Below, piece by piece: positions 11,001 through 20,142 of a stretch of DNA of 64,000 nucleotides. The position numbers and the translations under genes are program-made. Positions within the stretch are counted from its first letter, which is position 1. Every line of letters starts with the position of its first letter. The notes under the pieces are model-generated. The model searched no databases, was not told where the DNA came from, and saw nothing but the letters and a program-made list of their open reading frames with translations. The DNA is from Roseibacillus sp. (GTDB lineage Bacteria > Verrucomicrobiota > Verrucomicrobiia > Verrucomicrobiales > Akkermansiaceae), in NCBI GenBank assembly GCA_002715825.1, contig PBAI01000011.1:9020-73019 (forward strand), read 5' to 3'.

Positions 11001-11231
11001 AAGATTGTCGGGATTAATAGCGCTGATTCCATCGTTGGGTCTGATCGCTCCTTCGCGAGTATCCAGGCGGAGATTAGCCTTACGATCCGCGGCATCCGGT
11101 CCATGACAAAGGAAGCAATTACTCGATAGAATCGGACGGATGTCGCGGTTGAAGTCAATCGTATCTGCTGCCCGGAGGATTGGACTCACGCAGATAATAA
11201 AAAGGACCGAGGCGTACTTGGGCATGAGCAT
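8061..11231 (-). CDS. Planctomycete cytochrome c / DUF1549 / LamG-like / DUF1553 protein
   Basis: Sec signal. N-terminal CFLCH haem motif, DUF1549 block (LTGLPPAPSEVEAFV, RYGERMALAWMDAARY), central CAQCHDHKYDP, a LamG-like block (FTFAAWLKV...WHYVAVSYDG...VDELRIYNRNLS) and DUF1553 (NPLTARVAVNRYW...HRELLDWLA). Confidence 0.9.
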   Translation of the reverse strand: MLMPKYASVLFIICVSPILRAADTIDFNRDIRPILSSNCFLCHGPDAADRKANLRLDTREGAIRPNDGISAINPDNLADSEFLHRITSQDEDEVMPPPESHQVLSSEQKALLKQWILSGAEYKEHWAFLQPSKAKVVATENQNQRIHNPIDSFILERLAEAGLKQSKEADRRTLIRRVTYDLTGLPPAPSEVEAFVNDQSPDAYEKVVDRLLATKRYGERMALAWMDAARYGDSSVMHADGPRDMWAWREWVIDAYNSNMPFDRFTVEQLAGDLLPEATVAQRVASGFNRNHATSDEGGAFAEELRVEYVVDRVKTTANVWMGLTMECAQCHDHKYDPISQREYYQMFAYFNNTTDPGMQTRGGNQAPVVNVPPREQAEQLAELRKAIEASDIQINDYKQAAMTKYLKWLKNMEQSAGDTLPEPAGLSHFFPLDERGGKQIKATVGGGVGQIGGKVYPAKRGSHGGIRFDGKSAVSFGSWPARERNEPFTFAAWLKVPNSGSGAVLARIDEGQAFRGYDLWIQNRSVGTHIISSWPGNALKVVSAESLTADKWHYVAVSYDGSSKATGVKIYIDGKLTANKVEQDSLRDSIATQTPFKIGSRSGKGNYIGEVDELRIYNRNLSDAEIQRLGGDPIKGILALPAASRTQEQKAVLLEHYLSTEDKDYQNLAALHSKLLAEETGIKSQKNTSVMVMQDNAANKTRKTYILDRGAYDQPITEGPDAVVLPGVPAALPPLPEGSPSNRLGLAKWLTSGSNPLTARVAVNRYWALLFGRGLTKSVDDFGNQGSPPSHRELLDWLAVDFVENGWDVKRMIKQIALSATYRQMSRLTPQLAQVDPENILLARSPRFRLQGEFIRDTALDVSGLLVERIGGPSVKPYQPPNIWNEVSLNGGLRYKRDGGEKLYRRSMYTYWKRSAPMPNMLIFDAPTREKCMIQRPITNTPLQALVTLNDPQFVEAARALGQRLIKEGGNGTASRIDYGFKLTLSRPATGSEVTVIERVLGEQLKRFRDDPKKAKEFLGVGEMPRDETIDAVEHAAWMVVGQLLLNMDETLTRG

Positions 11232-11265
11232 GGGTTTGGTTTTGAAGGATTCCGGCGGTACTTTG

Positions 11266-12741
11266 CTAGGTCATGATATCCCCGATCACGTGGCCGTGGA
11301 CATCGGTGAGGCGATAGTCACGTCCCGAGTAACGGTAGGTGAGCTTCTCGTGATCCAATCCCATGAGGTGGAGTATGGTCGCCTGTAGATCATGGACGTG
11401 AACACGCTTATCGACAGCAGTGAGGCCAAATTCATCTGTTGATCCATAACTCATTCCGCCCTTTACCCCGCCGCCGGCCATCCAGACGGTATATCCGTAG
11501 TGATCATGGTCCCGTCCTTTTTTGCCTTCGGAAGTGGGGGCTCTTCCGAACTCGCCTCCCCAGATGACGAGGGTTTCATCGAGTAACCCACGAGACTTCA
11601 GGTCCTTGATGAGGGCTGCGATTCCTTGATCGCACGCATCAGCAAGAGCCTTATGACCGCCTGGGATGTCTCCATGTCCTGTATCCCATGCGATATCGTA
11701 TCCGCTGATGGAGTGAGAAAGCTGGACACAGCGCACTCCTCGTTCCACCAGACGACGGGCGATCAGGCATCCCTTGGCGTATTCCGTTTCCCCGTAAAGT
11801 TTGCGGGTCGCTTCCGATTCCTTTTCGACATCGAAGACGTCCGGAACTGAGAACTGCATCCGGAAGGCCATCTCCATCGCCTCAATTCCAGCTTCAAGCC
11901 CTCTGTCGCGCTCCCGGCGCTCGAGATGTACCCTGTTCAGCTCGGTGAGGAGGTCAGCCTGCTTTCTTTGCTCGGTCCGAGAAAGATTACTGTTTTTCAG
12001 ATTACGCATCGCTGCATCCGGAGTCATCTGCTCGATGTTTACGTAAGCGCCTGCGTAGGCTCCTGGCAGGAACGAGTTTCCCCAGTTGGCAAGTTTACCA
12101 CGGGGTTGTGCGCGCGGGGACATTGCCACAAAGCCGGGAAGGTCTTCATTTTCACTACCAAGGCCGTAGACGAGCCATGATCCCATACTCGGTCGATTTG
12201 GCTGAAGCGAACCCACATTGGACATAAGAATCGCTCCAGCATGTTCGGGGATATCCGTGTGCATCGAATGGACAAAGCAGAGATCATCCACGACCTCTCC
12301 TACCTTCGGGAAAATATCGCTGACCCACTTTCCGCACTTGCCGTATTGCTTAAACCCAAAATAGGACGGCGCGAGTCCACCCTTGGTGTTACGGAGAGAC
12401 TTGCGATCTACGAGTTGAGGCCTCTGACCAGCATATCTGGCAAGGGCAGGCTTGTAGTCAAAGGTGTCGACCTGAGATGGACCGCCCGGCATGAAGAGTT
12501 GAATGACGTGCTTCGCTCTCGGAGCAAAGTGCGGAGCCTTCGGGGCGAGGGGACCCGGCTCTGCAGCTGTTGTGGTGGTAGCGCCGGCGACAGTCGAGCC
12601 GGCTTGCTGGAGGGCTCCTGCGAGACCAAGAGTGCCGAACCCCGCGCCCATCTTACGGAGAGCCTCGCGGCGGGAGAGCTGGCCATTATGCAGGGTTGCG
12701 AGAGCCTTGCGGTAAGCGGCTTCGTGTTCTTGAAATTTCAT
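11266..12741 (-). CDS. DUF1501 domain protein, Tat signal
   Basis: SRREALRKMG twin-arginine motif. PGGPSQVDTFDYKP, WGGEFGRAP and GRDHDH motifs. Confidence 0.9.
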   Translation of the reverse strand: MKFQEHEAAYRKALATLHNGQLSRREALRKMGAGFGTLGLAGALQQAGSTVAGATTTTAAEPGPLAPKAPHFAPRAKHVIQLFMPGGPSQVDTFDYKPALARYAGQRPQLVDRKSLRNTKGGLAPSYFGFKQYGKCGKWVSDIFPKVGEVVDDLCFVHSMHTDIPEHAGAILMSNVGSLQPNRPSMGSWLVYGLGSENEDLPGFVAMSPRAQPRGKLANWGNSFLPGAYAGAYVNIEQMTPDAAMRNLKNSNLSRTEQRKQADLLTELNRVHLERRERDRGLEAGIEAMEMAFRMQFSVPDVFDVEKESEATRKLYGETEYAKGCLIARRLVERGVRCVQLSHSISGYDIAWDTGHGDIPGGHKALADACDQGIAALIKDLKSRGLLDETLVIWGGEFGRAPTSEGKKGRDHDHYGYTVWMAGGGVKGGMSYGSTDEFGLTAVDKRVHVHDLQATILHLMGLDHEKLTYRYSGRDYRLTDVHGHVIGDIMT

Positions 12742-13154
12742 TAGTCAGGACCCCGGTGCTCTACTGCTCCACCATCTTTCATCTTGTGGAAAAATCCAGT
12801 TTCTTTGCAGGATTAAACTCTATGCGCGGGCGGGGTGGGGGACAAGACAGAGAATGTCACCCGATGCGCTTAGCCGCTCTCGCGTTTCCCTGAATTTTCA
12901 CGGTTTCGGGTCAGGGGGCTCTGTCCAGCTGGCCTTGAAAACACTCTCGCATATTCTGGTAGAAGGACATACTCAAGGCTCGGCGGAGAGCCATTCAGTC
13001 CGAGGACGACTAAATTCCCGAAATGACCGAATCCGGTCGCGAACGAGATCTCATCGGCAGAGGTCTCCCTTCAAAGACACCCCCTGCGGAACAGCAGGTG
13101 GCACGGTGGTAGATCTTGTCTTCGACCGGTAGACTGTTTGCGTTGGGAGTTCAC

Positions 13155-15494
13155 TTATTCGACCTGCATGAATTCATGGGTTCCGAGGAGAACCTGTGCG
13201 TATCTGGCCCACGCTTTCTCGTTATCCTCCGCTTCGGAGAGATAGAGCAGCCCTGCTTGCTTTTCGATCGGTTCTGGTCGTCTCTGGAACAGAATCGAAT
13301 ACGCGAGTTCAAGGCGGGTCGCGTTGTCAGGCGCTGCCTGCCGCAATCGTTGGGCGAGGCTTTCTGAACGTGCAATCATGAAAGGACTGTTGAGGATGAA
13401 AAGGTACTGCTGGGGAACCGTGCTTTCAGTGCGCGCGGCGCTGGAGGAGCGGGGAGAGGGAAAGTCGAAAATACGAAGAAATTCCTCCGAAATCGATCGA
13501 TCAAAATTTCTGCTGATTTTCCCATACATCGTTCGGCGTCTGCTTTCCAAGACATGCTCGTCTGGAGCGCCACCCACCTTGGAGTCAAGGTCCCCGCTGA
13601 CGAAAAGGAGGCTGTCCCACCACGCCTCGATATCAAGCCGCCGGGGGTTCATGCGCCAAATAAGTCGGTTGTCTCCATCTTTGGCAAAGGATTCAGCCGC
13701 ATAGGAGGTGCTCTGCTGCCACGTGCTCGATAGCATGATCTCCCGGTGTAATTTTTTCATGGACCAACCATTTTCAATGAAGGTGGCAGCCAGCCAGTCG
13801 AGCAGCTCCGGATGGGTAGGTTTCTGTCCGATCACGCCAAAGTTACTGGGAGACCGCACTAGCGCACGGCCAAAATGCTGAAGCCATATCCGGTTCACCA
13901 TGACACGGGCGGTGAGTGGATTGCGAGGGTCGGCAACAGCCTCGGCCAACTGCCTGCGGCCTGATCCATCGGTGAAGTGCGGGCGCTCAGGTCCGGACAC
14001 GATTTCTAGAAATTTACGTGGAGCAACTGGTCCTTTTTTTCGGAGGTCGCCCCGGATCGCAATATGCATGTCTCCACTCCCTGATTCGCCCAGCCCATGT
14101 GCGCTTGCAGGTTTTGGCGGAAGTGCAGCTTTGATCTTATCGAGTTGCTTTCGCAGGTCTTTCAGTTGCTGAGACGCAGATTCGGAGATCTTAGCCTCGA
14201 CCTCGTTACGGGATACCTTCAGTTCCCGGGATTTCTCCTCAAGAAATTCATGGATGACTTTTTCCTGAGCCTTTATCCCGGATTGTATGGTCGTGAAGAC
14301 GTTTTGTTCTGCCTCGCTCGCTATCGGTATATCCCGAGCCTTGGAGTTTCGAAAAATTCCCGCGATGGCGTAATAATCAGCGGCAGTAATGGGGTCGAAT
14401 TTGTGGTCGTGACAGCGCGCGCAGGCCGCTGTGAGAGCAAGGAAAGCCCGCGAAAATGTATCAACCCTGTCTGCGAGGGTTTCTGCTTCTGCTTGCGCCT
14501 TGGATTCAGGATCTCCACCGTCCGAGGTATAGGTTGGTCCTACCGCAAAAAAGCCGGTCGCCAAAGCGTGCCCTTCACCAAGAAGATCTCCCGCAATCTG
14601 GTGTTTTACAAATTGATCGTATGGGAGGTCAGAGTTGAAGGCATTCACTACCCAGTCGCGGTAGCGCCACGCGTTGGGAAGGGGCTTGCTGTCCTGCGAA
14701 GCGCCCATTCCATCACTGTAGCGAGCCACGTCGAGCCAATGTCGACCCCAGCGTTCCCCGTAAAGCGGAGACTTAAGTAGTCGGTCAATTACACGGGCGA
14801 AGGCGTCGGGGTCCGCATCTTCGATGAATGCGTCGACCTCCTCCGGGGTAGGGGGTAGTCCCGTAAGTGTGAAGGATGCACGGCGAATGAGAGTGCGCTT
14901 GTCTGCAGTGGGAACGGGACGCACACCACTACCTTTCATCCCAGCAAGAACAAAAGAGTCAATCGGGCTGAGCAGCACTCTATCGGTAGATTGAACTGGA
15001 GGTTCAGGCTTACTCAGCGGCCGGAAAGCCCAGTGCTCCCTGCGAAACTTTTCAAAATCGTAGGAGGAACCCTTTGCGGCAACCTTGCTTCCATCCTCCG
15101 GGATGGGGGAACCCATTGCTATCCAGGTCGCGAGGTGGTTCGCCGCTGTGTCAGACAGTTTCTTTTTTGGAGGCATTTCAAGGTCCTCAACCTGATAGCG
15201 GACGACCTTGATGAGCAGGCTCTCGTCGGGTTTTCCCGGGACGAGAAGGGCCCCGCTGTCTCCACCACTCAGAATCCCTGCTTTGCTGTCCAGATAGAGC
15301 GACGCCTTCAACTTGGAGGACTTACTGGAATGGCACTCGTAACAGTAAGTGGCGAGAATCGGCCTGACGTGATTCTCGAAATAGTGGATGCCTTCTTCGG
15401 TCGGAGAGGCGGCTCTCAGCAAGCTGCCTGCGAAAGGAGTCATCGCCGCCAATACCGCAAGCCCTGAGAGGAAGCTGCTGGAGGGACGAACCAT
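13155..15494 (-). CDS. Planctomycete cytochrome c / DUF1549 / DUF1553 protein
   Basis: Sec signal. CYECH, LTGLPPTPEEVDAFI, CARCHDHKFDP, NPLTARVMVNRIW and HPELLDWLA motifs. Confidence 0.9.
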   Translation of the reverse strand: MVRPSSSFLSGLAVLAAMTPFAGSLLRAASPTEEGIHYFENHVRPILATYCYECHSSKSSKLKASLYLDSKAGILSGGDSGALLVPGKPDESLLIKVVRYQVEDLEMPPKKKLSDTAANHLATWIAMGSPIPEDGSKVAAKGSSYDFEKFRREHWAFRPLSKPEPPVQSTDRVLLSPIDSFVLAGMKGSGVRPVPTADKRTLIRRASFTLTGLPPTPEEVDAFIEDADPDAFARVIDRLLKSPLYGERWGRHWLDVARYSDGMGASQDSKPLPNAWRYRDWVVNAFNSDLPYDQFVKHQIAGDLLGEGHALATGFFAVGPTYTSDGGDPESKAQAEAETLADRVDTFSRAFLALTAACARCHDHKFDPITAADYYAIAGIFRNSKARDIPIASEAEQNVFTTIQSGIKAQEKVIHEFLEEKSRELKVSRNEVEAKISESASQQLKDLRKQLDKIKAALPPKPASAHGLGESGSGDMHIAIRGDLRKKGPVAPRKFLEIVSGPERPHFTDGSGRRQLAEAVADPRNPLTARVMVNRIWLQHFGRALVRSPSNFGVIGQKPTHPELLDWLAATFIENGWSMKKLHREIMLSSTWQQSTSYAAESFAKDGDNRLIWRMNPRRLDIEAWWDSLLFVSGDLDSKVGGAPDEHVLESRRRTMYGKISRNFDRSISEEFLRIFDFPSPRSSSAARTESTVPQQYLFILNSPFMIARSESLAQRLRQAAPDNATRLELAYSILFQRRPEPIEKQAGLLYLSEAEDNEKAWARYAQVLLGTHEFMQVE

Positions 15495-15534
15495 GGAGCG
15501 CGATCTTCAGGCAAGAGCAAGTGCCAACGATTTT

Positions 15535-16206
15535 CTACTTATTCCAAGGCGCTCTCTCAAGGGAGTCACGATATTTCATCGCAGCCTCGGTCCGGGAACG
15601 GACGTGCAGCTTCTCATAGATATGCTTCAAGTGAACACGAACGGTTTCAACGCTGATCGAAAGTTCAGCAGCGATTTCCTTGTTCGCGAGACCTCGGGCA
15701 ACAAGTTGCACGATTTCGGTTTCACGCTTGGAGAGATTAAAGGCCTGACTTGCCTCGCTACTTGCGGGGCGATGGAAGGCTTCCACGACAAGTCGAGCAA
15801 TCTCAGCCGACATTGGCGCTCCTCCAGCCCGGACTTCGAAGATTGCACGACAAAGATCGTCGGGCGAAGCATTCTTGAGGAGGTACCCTGAGGCCCCAGC
15901 TTGAAGGGCGTCAAAGATCTTTTTGTCATCGTCGTGCACAGTAAGCATGATCACGTCGACGTCAGGGTGGGTTTCCTTCACCTGTATTGTCGCCTCGATG
16001 CCAGACATTCCGGGCAGGCTGATATCCATCAGTATTACATCTGGACCACCGTTCTCGATGGCCTTCAAGCCATCCTCGGCGTTTTCCCAGACACCAAAGG
16101 TTTGGATGCCGTCCATGGCGTCGACAATTTTTCGAACAAGCTTTCCAAGCGCCGGAGTATCCTCAATGACGGCGACCTTGATGGGGTCTCGATTAATAGT
16201 AGCCAT
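15535..16206 (-). CDS. Response regulator, NarL/FixJ family (REC + LuxR-type HTH)
   Basis: 223 aa. Receiver motifs ([30 protein letters not shown]) and a C-terminal LuxR HTH ([43 protein letters not shown]). Confidence 0.9.
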   Translation of the reverse strand: MATINRDPIKVAVIEDTPALGKLVRKIVDAMDGIQTFGVWENAEDGLKAIENGGPDVILMDISLPGMSGIEATIQVKETHPDVDVIMLTVHDDDKKIFDALQAGASGYLLKNASPDDLCRAIFEVRAGGAPMSAEIARLVVEAFHRPASSEASQAFNLSKRETEIVQLVARGLANKEIAAELSISVETVRVHLKHIYEKLHVRSRTEAAMKYRDSLERAPWNK

Positions 16207-16382
16207 AACTCGAAGTGGAAGGTTCGTCCCAGAGAGGGATCAGTTCAACGCAAAATCTCCAATATTTCCGGGAAATTGGTGATAGAGCCCGCTTTGCCAT
16301 TGGTGGAAAGAACTCTGATTTTGGCAGAAAAGGAGGAGGCCCTGTCCCCGGAATCCCCGGGAGGACCTTCTCTCCTGCTGGC

Positions 16383-17840
16383 TCAGGACAGTAAATCGTG
16401 AATCACCTTTGATTCCCGAGTCAAGCTAGTGAGGCGTTTATCCGCACCTCCGTGGCGATGGGTTAACTTGAGGTGGTTTATACCGAAGAGGTGGAGGAGA
16501 GTCGCATGGAAGTCGTTGACGTGAACAGGGTTACGAGAAGGCTCCCAGCCGATATCGTCTGTTTCACCATAGTTGAAGCCGGGCTTTACCCCGCCTCCGG
16601 CCATGAACATGGTGAAGGCGTTCGGATGGTGATCGCGTCCAGTATTGGGCTTGCGCCCCGGGCGGTTCTCGCCAAGAGGTGTACGGCCAAATTCTCCTCC
16701 CCAGACCACAAGAGTCTCGTCAAGGAGGCCCCGTTCCTTGAGGTCGGTGATCAAGGCGGCAACAGGTTGGTCACTCATCCCGGCGTTAAATTCGAGTTCG
16801 TTGTCGAGGTTAGAGTGCTGATCCCATGACGCGTGAATCAGGTTTACGAAGCGAACACCTCGTTCCGCAAGGCGTCTGGCCAGGAGGCAGTTCCGCGAGA
16901 AGGTGCTCCATGTGCGAGAGCTACCCTTCCCCCGTCCCCCGGAGGCTGGGTCATCGCGGTTAATACCGTAAGCTTCGAGAGTTTGATTGGATTCACCCGA
17001 GAGGTCTGCGAGCTCAGGTGCGGCGGTCTGCATTCGGAAAGCCAGCTCGTAGGCTGCTATCCTGCTTTCGATTTCTGGATCGCGGATAGCCTCATGAGCG
17101 ATCCCGTTCAGTTTACGCAGGGCGTCAAGGCCCCGCCTCTGAATTTCCGGAGAGATGCCCCCGGGGTTGCGGAGGTTGAGAACAGGTTCATCACCATTAC
17201 GGAAGCGCACCCCAGCAAAGCTGGATGGCAGGAATCCGCTTTGATAGAGAGTTGCCCCCCCGCTGGAGCCACGACCTGCAAGGAGAACAACATAGCCGGG
17301 AAGGTTTTCATTTTCACTGCCAAGCCCGTAGGTCAGCCATGAGCCCATGGTCGGAAGGCCGAAGTGCGGTTCTCCACACTGCATCATCAGCTGTCCAGGA
17401 TGATGATTGAACTGAGTTGTATGCATGCTCTTGATCATGCAGAGGTCATCTGCGCAGGAAGAAAGGTGAGGAAGGAGGTCAGAGAACCACATCCCAGACT
17501 GCCCATGCTGCCGGAAGGTTCGTGTACTACCCATCAGGGTTGCACTTTCCTTCTTGAGGAAAGCAAAGCGCATCTTCTCAAGGATCGAGGGATCCATTTT
17601 TTTCCCATCGAGCTCGTTGAGTTTCGGCTTGTAGTCGAAGAGATCCAGTTGAGATGGAGCCCCTGCCATAAAAAGAAAGATGCAGCGTTTTGCTCTGGGG
17701 GCAAAATCAGCGAAGGCGTTTTCGGCTCCTCCGGCATTGGACGCGAGTATATGAGTGAGCGCGAGACCACCCAGACCGCTGGCCGAGGTAGCAAGGAAAT
17801 CTCTCCGGGTCCGGAGGTAGAATTCTTCAGGAGATATCAT
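16383..17840 (-). CDS. DUF1501 domain protein, Tat signal
   Basis: The track ORF extends to 17942, but that extension overlaps the upstream gene. ATG at 17840 gives MISPEEFYLRTRRDFLATSA, a Tat motif. AGAPSQLDLFDYKP, WGGEFGRTP and GRDHHP motifs. Confidence 0.88.
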   Translation of the reverse strand: MISPEEFYLRTRRDFLATSASGLGGLALTHILASNAGGAENAFADFAPRAKRCIFLFMAGAPSQLDLFDYKPKLNELDGKKMDPSILEKMRFAFLKKESATLMGSTRTFRQHGQSGMWFSDLLPHLSSCADDLCMIKSMHTTQFNHHPGQLMMQCGEPHFGLPTMGSWLTYGLGSENENLPGYVVLLAGRGSSGGATLYQSGFLPSSFAGVRFRNGDEPVLNLRNPGGISPEIQRRGLDALRKLNGIAHEAIRDPEIESRIAAYELAFRMQTAAPELADLSGESNQTLEAYGINRDDPASGGRGKGSSRTWSTFSRNCLLARRLAERGVRFVNLIHASWDQHSNLDNELEFNAGMSDQPVAALITDLKERGLLDETLVVWGGEFGRTPLGENRPGRKPNTGRDHHPNAFTMFMAGGGVKPGFNYGETDDIGWEPSRNPVHVNDFHATLLHLFGINHLKLTHRHGGADKRLTSLTRESKVIHDLLS

Positions 17841-17854
17841 GACTCGGATTCTAC

Positions 17855-20092
17855 TTACGGGCAGGTGATGAACTCGTCGAGGTTCGTGATGATTCGGACG
17901 GTAGCTGTCCAAGCGGCTAAGCTGGGCTTGTCTTCTCCGCAAAGATCCCGGGTCTGATCGGGGTGATCCAGATAGTATGCATGGTTTTCCTCCAGAAGTC
18001 CGAGGGTAATATCAAGCTCCTCGGATTCCGGTAGCCTCGAAAGGGCCAGCTTGAAGAGATGCTCGACCCGCTGCTGGTCATCGGTGAGAGAAGGATCTCC
18101 ATCGATCCGTCGTGCAAGGGCCTGACTGGCCTCATGAAAAACAATGTTCTGAAGGGTAGTCAGTGCCATCAGAGGCGTATTGGAAACGTTTCGCTGAGTG
18201 ATAGAGGTGTTGGAGTCCGGGCAGTCAAACGTCATAAGATTTGGAGCGGGTGCAGTACGTTTGAAGAAAGTGTACATTCCGCGCCGATAACGATTCTCAC
18301 CCTTGCTGACATTCCATTTGAAGTTATTAGCGAAGCTTTGAGCTGCAACATCTGCAGGAATAGGAGGAAATTGGCTTTCTCCGCCCGTTTCTGTATTTAG
18401 AAGACCCGCGACAGAAAGGTGGAGATCCCGGATGATTTCAGCCTCCACACGCTTTCGATTTTGCCGGTGAAGCAGTCGATTGTCCGGGTCCTCGCTGGCA
18501 TACTCCAAACGGTGTCTTGATGACTGACGATAGGTTTGGGAAGTGACGATTTTTCTTATCAGTTCCTTACGGCTCCACCCCTTTTGAATAAAGAAATTAG
18601 CCAGCCAGTTCAAAAGTTCAGGGTGTGACGGACTCTGACCCTGCGATCCAAAGTTTTCCGGTGTGGGAACAAGACCATTCCCGAATAGATGTAGCCAGAC
18701 AGTGTTTGTTGTGACTCTTGCGGTCAGAGGGTTGTCCGTGCTGCTCAGCCACTTGGCCAGATCCATTCTGTTGGGACTTCCTCCGGAAGGTGTCAGAGGG
18801 TGAAGGGAAGAGATTCCTCCCGGAGCAATAACACCTTTTTCTGTTGCGGGCTGCAGGAAGTCACCTCGATGAAAGAGGTAGGTCTTACGTTTTCCCTGCC
18901 CTCTCATGACCGCCGCTTTCAGGGGCTTTCCAGTGTTCAGAGGGAGCTGTATTTCTCCTTCGTCTGCTTCATTGAAAAAGGCAAAGATGCGATAGAAGTC
19001 AACTTGAGTCATCGGGTCGTAAGGGTGATCGTGGCACTGTGCGCATTCGAGGGTGAGCCCCAGCCATGTCCGGGTCGTAGTTGCGACCCTGTCAATGGCG
19101 CGTTTTACCCTGTCCTCCTCCTGATCAGTCCCACCTTCTGTGTTGCGCAGCGTTTGACGATGAAATGCGGTGGCGAGATGCTGTGATGGGTCGGCATCTT
19201 CCAAAAGATCACCTGCGAGCTGCTCGATGGTGAACTGATCAAAAGGCATGTCCTCATTGATGGAACGAATCACCCAGTCACGCCAGAGCCACGCGTTGGG
19301 GCGTGGATTGTCCTTTTCGTATCCGTCACTGTCCGCGTAGCGAGCCTGATCGAGCCAATGGCGGCCCCACCGCTCTCCAAAGTGAGGAGATGCGAGAAGT
19401 CGGTCTACTTCAACAGTCACTGCACTTTCCGGATCTTTCTGCCAGGCGGTCAGAAACGCTTGTAGCTCTTCCACAGCTGGAGGCAGACCTGTGAGGTCGA
19501 GGCAGAGACGTCGCAGTAATGTAGCGGGTGCGGCAGGAGGAGAGGGGGTCAAATTCTCTTTTTCAAGTCGATGCAGGACGAAGTGATCGATTTCGTTAAC
19601 GGCCCAACCCTGTTGGCCTACATCGGGTGGAGGCATTGTCGGAGGAGGGATGTAGGCCCAGTGCTCAGGCCATGGGGCACCCTGCTTGATCCAACTCTGG
19701 ATCAGCGCCAGGTCCCTTTCGTTGAGGGGGCTTTCCGGAGGCATGCGTAGGTCGGGGTCCTCGTGAGTAACCCGGAGAAAGAGTTCGCTTCCCTCTGGGC
19801 TTCCTGGCACTAGAAGTGGCTCGCCCGTCTTTCCCCCGGCCAACGCCAGCGTACTACTGGTAAGGTTCAGATCACCCCGTTGTTTGACGCCACCGTGGCA
19901 TTCCGCGCAATGCTTGTTCAGTAACGGCTGGATATCCCTCTTGAAATCGACGGGTGCTGCTGCTCCATGATGCGCAAGAGCACCGAGGAACATGGTAAGG
20001 AGAAGGCAGGACTTGAATGCCAGTTTCAAGGAGGAGGCTTGGGTTTGCTTCAAAAATGGTGATTTTTCGGGAGTAAACAAGAAGCTTTCCAC
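17855..20092 (-). CDS. Planctomycete cytochrome c / DUF1549 / DUF1553 protein
   Basis: CAECH, LTGLPPAVEELQAF, CAQCHDHPYDP, NPLTARVTTNTVW and HPELLNWLA motifs. The start at 20092 is GTG, so the exact start is uncertain. Confidence 0.88.
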   Translation of the reverse strand: MESFLFTPEKSPFLKQTQASSLKLAFKSCLLLTMFLGALAHHGAAAPVDFKRDIQPLLNKHCAECHGGVKQRGDLNLTSSTLALAGGKTGEPLLVPGSPEGSELFLRVTHEDPDLRMPPESPLNERDLALIQSWIKQGAPWPEHWAYIPPPTMPPPDVGQQGWAVNEIDHFVLHRLEKENLTPSPPAAPATLLRRLCLDLTGLPPAVEELQAFLTAWQKDPESAVTVEVDRLLASPHFGERWGRHWLDQARYADSDGYEKDNPRPNAWLWRDWVIRSINEDMPFDQFTIEQLAGDLLEDADPSQHLATAFHRQTLRNTEGGTDQEEDRVKRAIDRVATTTRTWLGLTLECAQCHDHPYDPMTQVDFYRIFAFFNEADEGEIQLPLNTGKPLKAAVMRGQGKRKTYLFHRGDFLQPATEKGVIAPGGISSLHPLTPSGGSPNRMDLAKWLSSTDNPLTARVTTNTVWLHLFGNGLVPTPENFGSQGQSPSHPELLNWLANFFIQKGWSRKELIRKIVTSQTYRQSSRHRLEYASEDPDNRLLHRQNRKRVEAEIIRDLHLSVAGLLNTETGGESQFPPIPADVAAQSFANNFKWNVSKGENRYRRGMYTFFKRTAPAPNLMTFDCPDSNTSITQRNVSNTPLMALTTLQNIVFHEASQALARRIDGDPSLTDDQQRVEHLFKLALSRLPESEELDITLGLLEENHAYYLDHPDQTRDLCGEDKPSLAAWTATVRIITNLDEFITCP

Positions 20093-20142
20093 CGGACCCT
20101 CAAGCCTTCAGGCTTTTGGGGTTTCAGAGAACCTATCAACCC

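Noticed and set aside
12854-13132. A 92-aa plus-strand ORF inside the 413-nt spacer between the 13155-15494 and 11266-12741 genes.
   Set aside because: It is on the opposite strand to the surrounding eight-gene run. Its Arg/Ser-rich translation has no motifs and no obvious ribosome-binding context. I treat the spacer as non-coding and report it as a finding.
17841-17942. A 34-codon N-terminal extension of the DUF1501 ORF (MRRRQAQLSRLDSY...).
   Set aside because: It overlaps the 3' end of the upstream gene (stop at 17855). The internal ATG at 17840 gives a canonical Tat leader and a 14-nt intergenic gap like the other pairs.
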